The notes beneath the pieces are model-generated. The model made no database searches. It was not told where the DNA came from and saw nothing but the letters and a program-made list of their open reading frames with translations. Below are positions 39,355-48,174 of a stretch of DNA of 64,000 nucleotides, piece after piece; position 1 is the first letter of the stretch, and every line of letters starts with the position of its first letter. The position numbers and the translations under genes are program-made. This stretch comes from a virus. The stretch spans positions 62,851-126,850 of the IMG/VR virus record IMGVR_UViG_3300040796_000034. One strand, 5' to 3'.

Positions 39355-39405
39355 GGAAAGAGAATTAGAAGAGCTTCCATAAAGGAGCGGCTATTAAATT
39401 TGTAC

Positions 39406-39431
39406 AACCCGGCGATAAGTCGGGTTTTTTT
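39406..39431 (+). terminator. intrinsic terminator
   Basis: AACCCGGC-gataa-GTCGGGTT plus T-tract. Confidence 0.7.
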
Positions 39432-39683
39432 ATGCTAAGGATCGCAAGAAAAAATAAGCGCCGCTAGCACTTGTCAATCTATACCCGCCAACTGTCTTTG
39501 GCCCATAGAATTACTTGGCCCTTTACCTTCACTGTCCCCAAATCTGATAGCGCGGTTCTGGCTCATAGTGTTTGTCCATCATAAGCGCAATAGAGGAAAT
39601 AGGGTATCATAAGCTGCTAAATAAGACTGTATTGTATGACACTTTTTCTAATATTTATTTCACAACTTTTTAATAAGAAGAAA

Positions 39684-39712
39684 AGGATACCATACTTCGG
39701 TTAATTTGTCAA
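39684..39712 (-). promoter_or_regulatory. sigma70 promoter on the minus strand facing non-coding DNA
   Basis: TTGACA-N17-TATCCT with extended TGn. Confidence 0.55.
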
Positions 39713-39811
39713 GCATTTATTAAAATTAATTTTTTTTAAAAAAATTTTTATAAGCTGAAACTCTTGTACAGTAAAGGTTACAAGCATTGGACATCGGCTA
39801 TTTCACTAAAT

Positions 39812-39856
39812 GAGGGGTCAGACCCCCTATGCAAATTCCTTAAAAGATGTCATTAT
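39812..39856 (+). promoter_or_regulatory. HetR-type palindrome upstream of an extended -10
   Basis: GAGGGGTC-A-GACCCC (perfect GGGGTC-N-GACCCC); TGtCATTAT at 39848-39856. Confidence 0.55.
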
Positions 39857-39969
39857 AGAAATGTGGAAGGAAAAAGAGCTTGAAACCTAACGGTGGTAAG
39901 ACTTTCACCTAACACGAGTTACTACCAAGGGCCAGAAAAAAAAACTTAAAAACTTTTTTTGAAAAACCC

Positions 39970-39998
39970 TTGACAAACTAGCTAAACAAAGCTAAAGT
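39970..39998 (+). promoter_or_regulatory. strong sigma70-type promoter
   Basis: TTGACA-N17-TAAAGT with upstream A/T tracts. Confidence 0.75.
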
Positions 39999-40043
39999 AG
40001 TAATAACGAGTTAAATAGTTAACTCCTTACAATTTAGAATTTA

Positions 40044-40228
40044 ACCGGGACGACCGCTAGAGGCTCTCGTTTGTTAAATGTCAATTTTTTCTTTACTGGA
40101 ATGAGGTTTAGCTAAATCTCTACCGAGTAATCTAAATGATTGTAATCATCATTTACTGATTGCCGAATAGAGCTTTAGTCATACAACAGACAAAGTTCGT
40201 TGATAGGGTTCAAATCCCTATCCTGGTA
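40044..40228 (+). ncRNA. 185-nt tRNA-like structured RNA
   Basis: Acceptor-like stem ACCGGGA/TCCTGGT+A, T-arm TAGGG-TTCAAAT-CCCTA, several internal hairpins. Confidence 0.6.
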
Positions 40229-40274
40229 TTACCTTTTAGGTAAAATGTAAAATCCATAATGGAGTTTAAACCCA

Positions 40275-40667
40275 ATGAAAATATTCAACGGAACCCAACA
40301 TCAGATAACCTTTTATAAGGTACAGGATACAACTCCTGTCGAGGGAGGTCGTAAGCTCATACTAAACGAAAAAGGAGCCGAGCCTTACTATGTAATCGCA
40401 CCGGGTACAAATCTCAACTGTATAAAGTGCAACGCTGATGCACCTAATCTCGAAAGTCCTGTCCCCCTAGTGGGGGCGGTGCAATTCAAAGATGCAGATA
40501 TCCTTCCCGAGGGGTATGACCTGTACATAGTCTCAAATCTGTACCGCGCCGCGTGTGTAGAGTTAGGACGCAATACCGACAAACTCGCTACGGTATCAGG
40601 AACCGTGTATAAAGGGGTTCCTGGAGAATTTAAACCTTGCGGAGTTATCGAGCTTGCTGTAGGTTAA
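40275..40667 (+). CDS. hypothetical protein
   Basis: MKIFNGTQHQI...LYIVSNLY; GGAG RBS. Confidence 0.65.
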   Translation: MKIFNGTQHQITFYKVQDTTPVEGGRKLILNEKGAEPYYVIAPGTNLNCIKCNADAPNLESPVPLVGAVQFKDADILPEGYDLYIVSNLYRAACVELGRNTDKLATVSGTVYKGVPGEFKPCGVIELAVG

Positions 40668-41005
40668 TAATCCTGTCCTGTTTGGCAGAGTTCGTTAAAC
40701 TGCCATCTTTCAATCACCAAGGTTTACCCGGTCCCTTACCTAAATACCGGGAGTAAATCTATTAACAAGATATCATGTTTAAGTGTCCAATGATTTATCA
40801 AAGACTTTACCGAGATGGGTGTACACCCCCTATAATTGTACATCCGTTAAATACAATGCCTGATAGTAGTGAAATCATCTGAGATGAAAAAAAAACTACT
40901 CCTAATCTATCTGCTCTATTACTTACTGCTGGATTGTATTCTGTAAAGTCCCAATTCAGCAAGAGTTAATAGTCAATCAAGAAGAGTTAATCGGAGACTA
41001 CAACG

Positions 41006-41236
41006 ATGGGTTTATATCAATTAGGTTTGCAAGATTCGATGTTAGAGAAACCTCGTACACGAGAGTCGTTAAAAATAGTAATAGGCTCGGAAATTCCAAT
41101 AACATCTTACTATCAGGAATATTTACGGGGGTTCCATTTCCAAAAGCCCGTAATATGTCCCTTTTGTAAAGCCGTACAAGGCATTTCAGGGGTTGACAAG
41201 ATACCCTTTGAATGTCCAGAGTGTGAAGCTACCTAA
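41006..41236 (+). CDS. small protein with CxxC...CxxC zinc ribbon
   Basis: CPFC...CPEC; GGAG RBS. Confidence 0.55.
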   Translation: MGLYQLGLQDSMLEKPRTRESLKIVIGSEIPITSYYQEYLRGFHFQKPVICPFCKAVQGISGVDKIPFECPECEAT

Positions 41237-41386
41237 AACTTAGTCGAACAGTCCTGGATATGACTTTAAACTGTCTAAGTAAACTAATTAACAGAGGTTT
41301 TCGACTGACATGAAAAGAAGAAATGAACTACTAGCACAAGCTAACTATTTAGGTTCTACGGATAATACCCTATAAAACTGCTTATC

Positions 41387-41458
41387 GGCCCTGATACCGA
41401 ATGGTCAGGTGAAAGACTGCAAATCTTTTTTAAGAGAGTTCGATTCTCTCCAGGGCCT
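41387..41458 (+). tRNA. trnC: tRNA-Cys(GCA)
   Basis: GGCCCTG/CAGGGCC acceptor, AAAGA-CTGCAAA-TCTTT anticodon arm, GAGAG-TTCGATT-CTCTC T-arm, U discriminator; no encoded CCA. Confidence 0.9.
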
Positions 41459-41478
41459 TGTCCACAATAGAGGTGACT

Positions 41479-41808
41479 ATGTTAGATATTGATAAACGAT
41501 TTAATGCCTTCGAGAAGGCATTTCAGAAGAAGTCAACAATTTACCTGAATACGGAGATTGCTAATCTGCTAAAAAACTATCCTAACTGGGAGTTTGGCGG
41601 CAGTTACGAACCCTCTTCAGAAGGGGTGGCAAAGTTCTGGATTCTATTGAACGACTGGACTTTTCTAGAACCATTAGGGGACACTTCTATCTCCTACAGC
41701 AGTGGGCTAGAAATAACTGTAGAGTTGTTGTCTCAGCAACAGGATTACCGATTAACCCCTAGCTGGTCTCAGCGTTTTGACGAAGAATCTCCAGGGAACG
41801 CAAATTAA
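41479..41808 (+). CDS. hypothetical protein (start moved to ATG 41479)
   Basis: GAGGTG RBS; the track start overlaps the tRNA. Confidence 0.6.
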   Translation: MLDIDKRFNAFEKAFQKKSTIYLNTEIANLLKNYPNWEFGGSYEPSSEGVAKFWILLNDWTFLEPLGDTSISYSSGLEITVELLSQQQDYRLTPSWSQRFDEESPGNAN

Positions 41809-41910
41809 GCTAATGCTATATAGTCCGTTTGCTTGTAGTGGACTTTAACTAAAACAAGTTGTTTTGTTAATTTAACAGAACTTACAGAATACAACATGGA
41901 GTAGTAAATT

Positions 41911-42162
41911 ATGTTTAGAAAAGCCACTGACAAATACTTTCAAGAGTTGTACGAATTAGAGTTCGATAGACTGAAGGCTATCTATCAGCATTCTCATAAT
42001 GCTGCAAAAGATTCTTGGCTCAACCCTATCTTTCATAGCCAGGCTCAATACTGGGAGGAGAAAGCCAAGAAAATTCAGTGGGAAATATGGGAACTTGACT
42101 TAATATTCCCTACGGTAGAAGAGTACCATAAACAGAATGAAGTAGAACTTGAGATAACCTAA
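41911..42162 (+). CDS. hypothetical protein
   Basis: 83 aa, GGAG RBS. Confidence 0.55.
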   Translation: MFRKATDKYFQELYELEFDRLKAIYQHSHNAAKDSWLNPIFHSQAQYWEEKAKKIQWEIWELDLIFPTVEEYHKQNEVELEIT

Positions 42163-42359
42163 TTGCTCGTACATCTGTACAAGCATTAGTAACCTTTCTG
42201 TTTATGAAATCATCTTTACGATGATTCGAGAAATAAGTTAGTTAGAGCAAACAATATTTAGTAATTAGGGATGTCTTTACATCCTTTCCTACTGCATATT
42301 CACGTCCAAAAGAGAAATGACGTTAAACTTGCTCTCTATGTAGTTTCTTAAGGTCCAAT

Positions 42360-44273
42360 ATGTTAAAAAGAGAGAGTGAAATAGAAGTACCTGAGTTTAA
42401 GGTATCTGTAGGGAAATATGTACGGCTGAAAGGCCGTGTACACCCTGATGCAAAGGGTGAAACAGGTGTGGAAGTTGTATCTGTTGATGAGGAACGTAGT
42501 CGAGTCCTTGTCAGAACGTCTGACGGTAGCATAAAGTCATACTCAAAGACGTTTGTGGATGAGGTACTCGAACCTCCTGTGAAATCAGTAGATGACGTGG
42601 ATACTATACCCGTTGAAGTGAAGGGTTACGAGTCGGTATATGACAATTTAGAAGTTTTGTTCGACTTGTATGGGTTGACACCTAAACCCAACAGCTTTTT
42701 AGCAGATACCGAGCTAGAGAAGTTTGAAACGTTGTTTCTTGAAGGTCGGGAACAGGAGATTTTGTCCTACTTAATCTCGTACTCAAAGTATATTGAGGAG
42801 GATGTTGCGTACATTAAATATCTTTGGGAATATGAATTTGTCCCAAAGATGAAAGCTACTTTAATACGTCTTGGATACCCTGAGAAATCTATTGAAGGTT
42901 ATTTCGATAGAACTGAATACCGTTTTGATAATACTGAGTTGTTGTCGGAAACAGAACTTATCAACGATTTTGAGGAGTATTTACTGGATAAATACCTACC
43001 AACTGGCTATGAGATTAACCAGTTTGATAAGGTTGAGAGAACCTACAAAAGCGCTGTACAACTTGTCTTAGTAGCTGTTGTGGAGGACGACTTCTCTAAC
43101 CTTGAGAAAGGGTTAGATAGTCTTTTAGAAAGTGAGTCCCCAGAAACTATGGCGGACTTACGAAAAGTGGAAAGGCAACAAGAGTCTCAATTCACTCCTG
43201 ACGATAACTCTGCATTGATTGTCAATACTCCAGAAGCTCCTAAAAAGAGTGTTGGCGTACCTTTAAAAGACCAATTAAAAGAAGTTATTGGTGAAGAGTT
43301 TACAGTTCCGCGGCCAGTATCATCAGAAATAACAGTTGCTAAGGCTCCCGAAGTCTTCTCCCCTTGGAAAGCGATTAAAATGTCACGAGGGGGTAATGTT
43401 ACCCCACAAAAACCTAACAACTCCTATACAGAAGGAGATTTGGTAGGGGAAGGGAAATTTCACGTTCTAAGCGTGTACACCCCTAAACTTAATGAGAAAG
43501 GTAAAGGGGGTTTTGATTGGGTATCCAACGTAGGACTCCCCAAACCTACGGGAGTTGATAAAGCTTTTTTACAACCCCCCAAAATTACAATGCTCCGAGG
43601 GGAGCAGTCTGGTATCACTATGAAACTAGAGTGGTACGTTGTACAGCTTGTAGAGAAGACTGGAAAATCCAAAGATGCCGGAAGCCTGTCTTTAGCAACG
43701 TCCTATTTTCAAATAGGGCAAGTAAAAATAAAAGACGGAGTAGTTGATGCCAAACTACCTGACAGCGATTGGGATAAACTCCTAACTGCACTACTCTCTC
43801 TGAATAGGCTGCGAGATGGTAGTGGAAAAGGAATCGAATACAGTATAGTCACCGACTATACGGAGGCAGGTAAGCCTATCAAGTTCCCTTTGAACACCCC
43901 AGAAGTGTTCCCTGGAAAGTTAGGAATAGATTTCTCAGGTATCCGATATTTGGATTACCTGTCAGAGCCTCAGTTTTCGGTTCTCCTTAAGGATTATCGC
44001 CCTAAGTTGAGTGAAACATTAGATATCGGCGCAAGAATTTGGATATTAGCCCTTCTGGCATTCTCCTTTCAATCCAATAAGGAATATGTAGCTAAAGAAT
44101 TGAACATTCCTTACAACGAAGAGCAAGACGGTGATATCCCACCCTTTAAATTTATCTATAAGGGGTTAGGTCAGAAATTTCAACTACCCGAGTCGTTTAT
44201 GATAGATTTGGGTTTAAAAGAACGTCCTAAGACGTTTTTTGACCGAAACCCTTATATGAGAGATTTGCAGTAG
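42360..44273 (+). CDS. 637-aa hypothetical protein, possible N-terminal SH3/KOW-like barrel
   Basis: VSVGKYVRLKG...VEVVSVDEERSRVLVRTSDGSIKSY. Confidence 0.65.
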   Translation: MLKRESEIEVPEFKVSVGKYVRLKGRVHPDAKGETGVEVVSVDEERSRVLVRTSDGSIKSYSKTFVDEVLEPPVKSVDDVDTIPVEVKGYESVYDNLEVLFDLYGLTPKPNSFLADTELEKFETLFLEGREQEILSYLISYSKYIEEDVAYIKYLWEYEFVPKMKATLIRLGYPEKSIEGYFDRTEYRFDNTELLSETELINDFEEYLLDKYLPTGYEINQFDKVERTYKSAVQLVLVAVVEDDFSNLEKGLDSLLESESPETMADLRKVERQQESQFTPDDNSALIVNTPEAPKKSVGVPLKDQLKEVIGEEFTVPRPVSSEITVAKAPEVFSPWKAIKMSRGGNVTPQKPNNSYTEGDLVGEGKFHVLSVYTPKLNEKGKGGFDWVSNVGLPKPTGVDKAFLQPPKITMLRGEQSGITMKLEWYVVQLVEKTGKSKDAGSLSLATSYFQIGQVKIKDGVVDAKLPDSDWDKLLTALLSLNRLRDGSGKGIEYSIVTDYTEAGKPIKFPLNTPEVFPGKLGIDFSGIRYLDYLSEPQFSVLLKDYRPKLSETLDIGARIWILALLAFSFQSNKEYVAKELNIPYNEEQDGDIPPFKFIYKGLGQKFQLPESFMIDLGLKERPKTFFDRNPYMRDLQ

Positions 44274-44307
44274 GTAGTTTATAAGAGGGGTTTTATACCC
44301 CTCTTTT

Positions 44308-44841
44308 TTGTGGATGGATATCAACGATTTTCAAAAAAGAGAGGTTTTCTTTAATACTTATCAACAGGTGTTAGACTCAGAAGACCATGAAAAAATAATA
44401 GAGTTGTGTAGTGACCCCTCTTGGGATTATTACTTATTCACTCTATTAGAGGAGGTGTTTAATCGCCTCGATTTTGCTAATACAAAAGAGACAGATAACA
44501 CTCTATGGATTGATGCTGTACAAGCAATTTTGGACAATCCTATACTGAGTCTTCTCTTATTAGAGACGTGCGGTAACTTACCGAGTCAATATGAGGTTAT
44601 TCCTTCTAAGAGTCAACACTTCAAACGATTGTCTATTTACTTTCAAGTTACTGAATACGTTGTACATTCTTTAAAAGAGAGAGTGTATGACAAGATTTTA
44701 CCTTATTTAGACAACCCTCAAAAAATTTGGAGGAATCATTTAACTTTCAAAAACTTTATCCGAGTATATCAGCTAAAATCTTTAGATAAAGAAGCTAGAG
44801 AAATGCTGCAACTGCTTTGGGACTTTACAAACATTAGATAA
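44308..44841 (+). CDS. hypothetical protein
   Basis: 177-aa ORF. Confidence 0.55.
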   Translation: MWMDINDFQKREVFFNTYQQVLDSEDHEKIIELCSDPSWDYYLFTLLEEVFNRLDFANTKETDNTLWIDAVQAILDNPILSLLLLETCGNLPSQYEVIPSKSQHFKRLSIYFQVTEYVVHSLKERVYDKILPYLDNPQKIWRNHLTFKNFIRVYQLKSLDKEAREMLQLLWDFTNIR

Positions 44842-44855
44842 GGAGGTTAGATAAA

Positions 44856-47576
44856 ATGGCAAGACTAGCAATTGATGAAAGTGTATTTGAGCAAATGCTC
44901 AACGACACACAAATTTTCCAACAGGCTATACAGCAAGAGACTGAAAACCTAGATACCGCAGTTAAAGAACAGAAAATAACTGTAGAGGTTGTCACTGAAG
45001 AAAACGAGAGTGAAATAGAAGAGATTGATAGTTCTAGTTCTTTAACTGAAATAGCTGTTTATCAAACGATATCTCAAGAAACACTCTCCAATAAGATTGA
45101 CAAATATATCTCTGAAGAGCATCGGGTCAGTGTCTCTGCCGAGAAGGTTCTTATACCTAAAGACCTGCTGTATTATTATGTAATGAACACTGGTGCGGCA
45201 AGTTTACCTAATGAGGTACTGGATAATAATCGCCAATTCATTATATACTCAAAACCCCTACGAAGGCCGCTAAGACTCAATAACGGCTCTATAAGGCTAG
45301 TTACTGAGAAGGCTACTAACAGAAAAGATATGGTCTTAGGTGGGAAAGTTGTCTCTGGTCGTTATGGCAATAATCAGAAACAAAACATAAACCTTCGGGA
45401 ATTTTACCCAAACGAAGTCTTGTCATTAGAAGACCATGAAGGGAATGTACATACCGTTATTACTTCACAAGCCTTAAGAACGAACGGCTCAAGTATAGAG
45501 GTTGTTACTGTATTTGTTCCCTACGAATACTTTGAACTAGAGGATGGTTCTAAAAAGGATTCTAAAAAACTGAAAATTTCTGGAATGGAGTCCTTTGATA
45601 AGAAACGACATTTCTGTATTTCTGGTATCCATAAAATTTTGATAGGGAACTTCTCTATTACAAAGAAGTCCGAAAAATACACGGTAGCTAATCAACTAGC
45701 TACGGTGAAGTATAAAGGTATCCTCTACGACAAATATCGAATACACTTCAAAAAAGACTACCCTATTACCTCCTGCTATGCAATTTGTGTAGCGGGTAAA
45801 TATATCGGTGTATCTCCTGATGCCGTGAAAGAAGTGGAGATTGATACAGAGTACATCTTTCGTCAAAAGGGTGTACCGTTAATTCATCCTGTACTAAGTT
45901 CTAAAATTTGTGTAGCTTCACACAATAAAGAAGTCTCAACAGGGTTTATCTATAAGTCTAAGATAGATTCTGAAAATATTCAGGATTCCTCTTTCATTAA
46001 GTCTGCTAAGACTAATACAGGTGATTTAGCTCTTACAGACGTTGTACCAGGGATAAAGCTAACTCCAGAAAAATTACCCAATAAAATCGATACACCGCAT
46101 TATTTATTTATTAAGCAAGGGATTATTTACGCAACCCCTTGGAAGATATCTAGCGTAAAAACTGTTGATATAATCGCAAGTCGGTTAGTTAATTTCTCTG
46201 AGGGAGAAGCAGAACGACAGCTTTTCTATAACAAAAGTAAAGTCAATTTTCAAAAGTTAACTGAACTAGAGCTTGAGAAATGGGTGTTAGATTTTCTGTT
46301 TCAAAATTTAGGGTCTAAGTTTAGCAACAATTTTGTTACACGAGTCGGACAGTTGAAAGTTGTCGCGCCGTCAAGATATGAATGGCAAATCATTCGTTAC
46401 GATGGCTCTAAATTTGGACCTGCATTTGTTTTAGGAGATGCTCTATTAAAAGCTAAAGCTGCTGCTGTAAAAACTTTTGAAGACTTAGTATCATTCCTTA
46501 AAAAACGAGGTCTGTTAATTACATATCACAATTCTCAAAAAAACATTGTTCATATAAAATATCCAGGGACTAATCGAGTCTCTGAATATGAGATTTCACG
46601 ACTCAAATCAGACCCGAAGGATACCGTTGCCAAGTATCCGTACTTCTTTAATCAGAAGCATAAATCGTTTGATAAACCATTAAAAGAATTACTGAATAAA
46701 GATAGTAATTCGACCTTGGGTAAATGTGGAGTTGGCGATGTTTTAACAGTACCTAAAAGGGTTGTGAAAGTCAATAAAGAGGGTGAAGTAGTTATGGAAT
46801 CAAATACTGTTTACAGTTATGGATTAAACAAAAGCTTTGAGACTTTAAAAGCTTTTTTACTTTCACTGTCTCCCTACATCTATCACGCTGACAACACTAT
46901 GTTCAGTCCTGATGACGTTGACCGACTGCTTAAGTATTTTGTAGATACTAAGCAAGTTAAAGATACTCATCATTTTTTCGATAACGATTGCCGGGGTTAT
47001 CGAAACAAGTATTTACTGGAAGGCTATAAAGATTTTCCTAAAGACTTAAAGGGTATGTTAGCTTACCCTTTAAGTTGTTTAGTCCCGATGCCCTTTTATC
47101 GAGATATTAAAAACAAAAATACATCTCGATTCTTGGAGATAGATAAAGCAGGTGTAAGGTTTTCTCAATACTGGGACACGGTAGAAGAGAAAATAACAGA
47201 AGCTTTTGAGGATTCTAATAGCAGCTTTAATACCTCAACACCTTCTACGGTAGATTCATATTCACCTATACCCATTTACGAGTATGGATGTAGTATTTAC
47301 CAGGTATTACAAAATGCTTGGGAGAAAGTTGTAGAGAATGATGTCTTTACGATTAAAAATCGTACACCCTACATTACTCTTATATGGGGAAGGTTGCCTA
47401 TATCTGTACACCAAGATACAGAGGCAAAGATTGTTATATCTCATCAAAGGAGTGGGCTTGAACTTGGGCAAATTAAGAAAGCTATAGACACTCAATCGGA
47501 TAGCTTAGGCTTAAGTCAGTACGAGATATCCTTCTTTAAGGAGTACGCTGCAAAATCCTTAGAGGATGTACTATAG
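44856..47576 (+). CDS. 906-aa hypothetical protein
   Basis: Long ORF with AGGAGG RBS; no motif recognised. Confidence 0.7.
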   Translation: MARLAIDESVFEQMLNDTQIFQQAIQQETENLDTAVKEQKITVEVVTEENESEIEEIDSSSSLTEIAVYQTISQETLSNKIDKYISEEHRVSVSAEKVLIPKDLLYYYVMNTGAASLPNEVLDNNRQFIIYSKPLRRPLRLNNGSIRLVTEKATNRKDMVLGGKVVSGRYGNNQKQNINLREFYPNEVLSLEDHEGNVHTVITSQALRTNGSSIEVVTVFVPYEYFELEDGSKKDSKKLKISGMESFDKKRHFCISGIHKILIGNFSITKKSEKYTVANQLATVKYKGILYDKYRIHFKKDYPITSCYAICVAGKYIGVSPDAVKEVEIDTEYIFRQKGVPLIHPVLSSKICVASHNKEVSTGFIYKSKIDSENIQDSSFIKSAKTNTGDLALTDVVPGIKLTPEKLPNKIDTPHYLFIKQGIIYATPWKISSVKTVDIIASRLVNFSEGEAERQLFYNKSKVNFQKLTELELEKWVLDFLFQNLGSKFSNNFVTRVGQLKVVAPSRYEWQIIRYDGSKFGPAFVLGDALLKAKAAAVKTFEDLVSFLKKRGLLITYHNSQKNIVHIKYPGTNRVSEYEISRLKSDPKDTVAKYPYFFNQKHKSFDKPLKELLNKDSNSTLGKCGVGDVLTVPKRVVKVNKEGEVVMESNTVYSYGLNKSFETLKAFLLSLSPYIYHADNTMFSPDDVDRLLKYFVDTKQVKDTHHFFDNDCRGYRNKYLLEGYKDFPKDLKGMLAYPLSCLVPMPFYRDIKNKNTSRFLEIDKAGVRFSQYWDTVEEKITEAFEDSNSSFNTSTPSTVDSYSPIPIYEYGCSIYQVLQNAWEKVVENDVFTIKNRTPYITLIWGRLPISVHQDTEAKIVISHQRSGLELGQIKKAIDTQSDSLGLSQYEISFFKEYAAKSLEDVL

Positions 47577-47681
47577 AATCTAGCACGATAGGGTTGTCTG
47601 TAAAAAGACAACCCTTCTATGCTGTATTCTTTTGGGTATATACAGCTTGATGTAAACCTTACGACTTTGAGGTTAATTAAA

Positions 47682-48059
47682 ATGAATTTGAGTCTAATTG
47701 AACTACTTGAAAAGTATGATGACTATTATGTGTTTTACACCCCTTATAGTTACAGAAAAAAACTAGAAGTATGTTATCTAGGTTTTTATGTAACTGACCC
47801 TTACGGGGGTGCTGATGCAGGTCATTTTAGTTCGGTATCTGAAGAACTAAAGCCTGATGATTTAAAACGTTTAGAAAATTTAGTAACGACATTAGATGGA
47901 GAATGGTCTCGTAATTTACATATTGAACTTTGTTTAGATATGTCAAAAGAGGTTATCGTTCTAACTTTAAAGAAAAATGACACTAGCTATACTAAGGCTA
48001 AAAAAGTCAAACAAATAACAGTTTCTAAAGAGTTCTTTAGTGAAATAAAGTCAATCTAA
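47682..48059 (+). CDS. hypothetical protein (start moved to ATG 47682)
   Basis: GAGG RBS. Confidence 0.55.
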   Translation: MNLSLIELLEKYDDYYVFYTPYSYRKKLEVCYLGFYVTDPYGGADAGHFSSVSEELKPDDLKRLENLVTTLDGEWSRNLHIELCLDMSKEVIVLTLKKNDTSYTKAKKVKQITVSKEFFSEIKSI

Positions 48060-48174
48060 TAGAATCTAACAATAAAGGAGTCTTAGCACCACTCCTTTTC
48101 TGTTGTATTCTACTAAAAATCATGGGAAACAATTATCCCCAGAGATTATAAGAAAACTAATTGAGGAATAACTT

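Noticed and set aside
39629-39642. Additional NtcA site GTA-N8-CAC
   Set aside because: One mismatch and no -10 at the expected spacing
40044-40228. tmRNA or intron-containing tRNA
   Set aside because: Too short, no G3-U70, no tag ORF or group I core recognised; kept as an unclassified tRNA-like RNA
40726-40756. Twister ribozyme (CCGGTCCC)
   Set aside because: Other twister elements not found; explained by a simple CCCGGT/ACCGGG hairpin
42168-42181. Cyanobacterial LexA box
   Set aside because: Flanks mismatch RGTAC-N3-DGTWCB and it forms part of a post-stop hairpin
42302-42337. Pistol ribozyme
   Set aside because: Has a P1-UAAA-like start but no P2/P3 or cleavage-site strand
44856-47576. 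RNA or DNA polymerase call for the 906-aa ORF
   Set aside because: No DxDGD or other polymerase motif recognised
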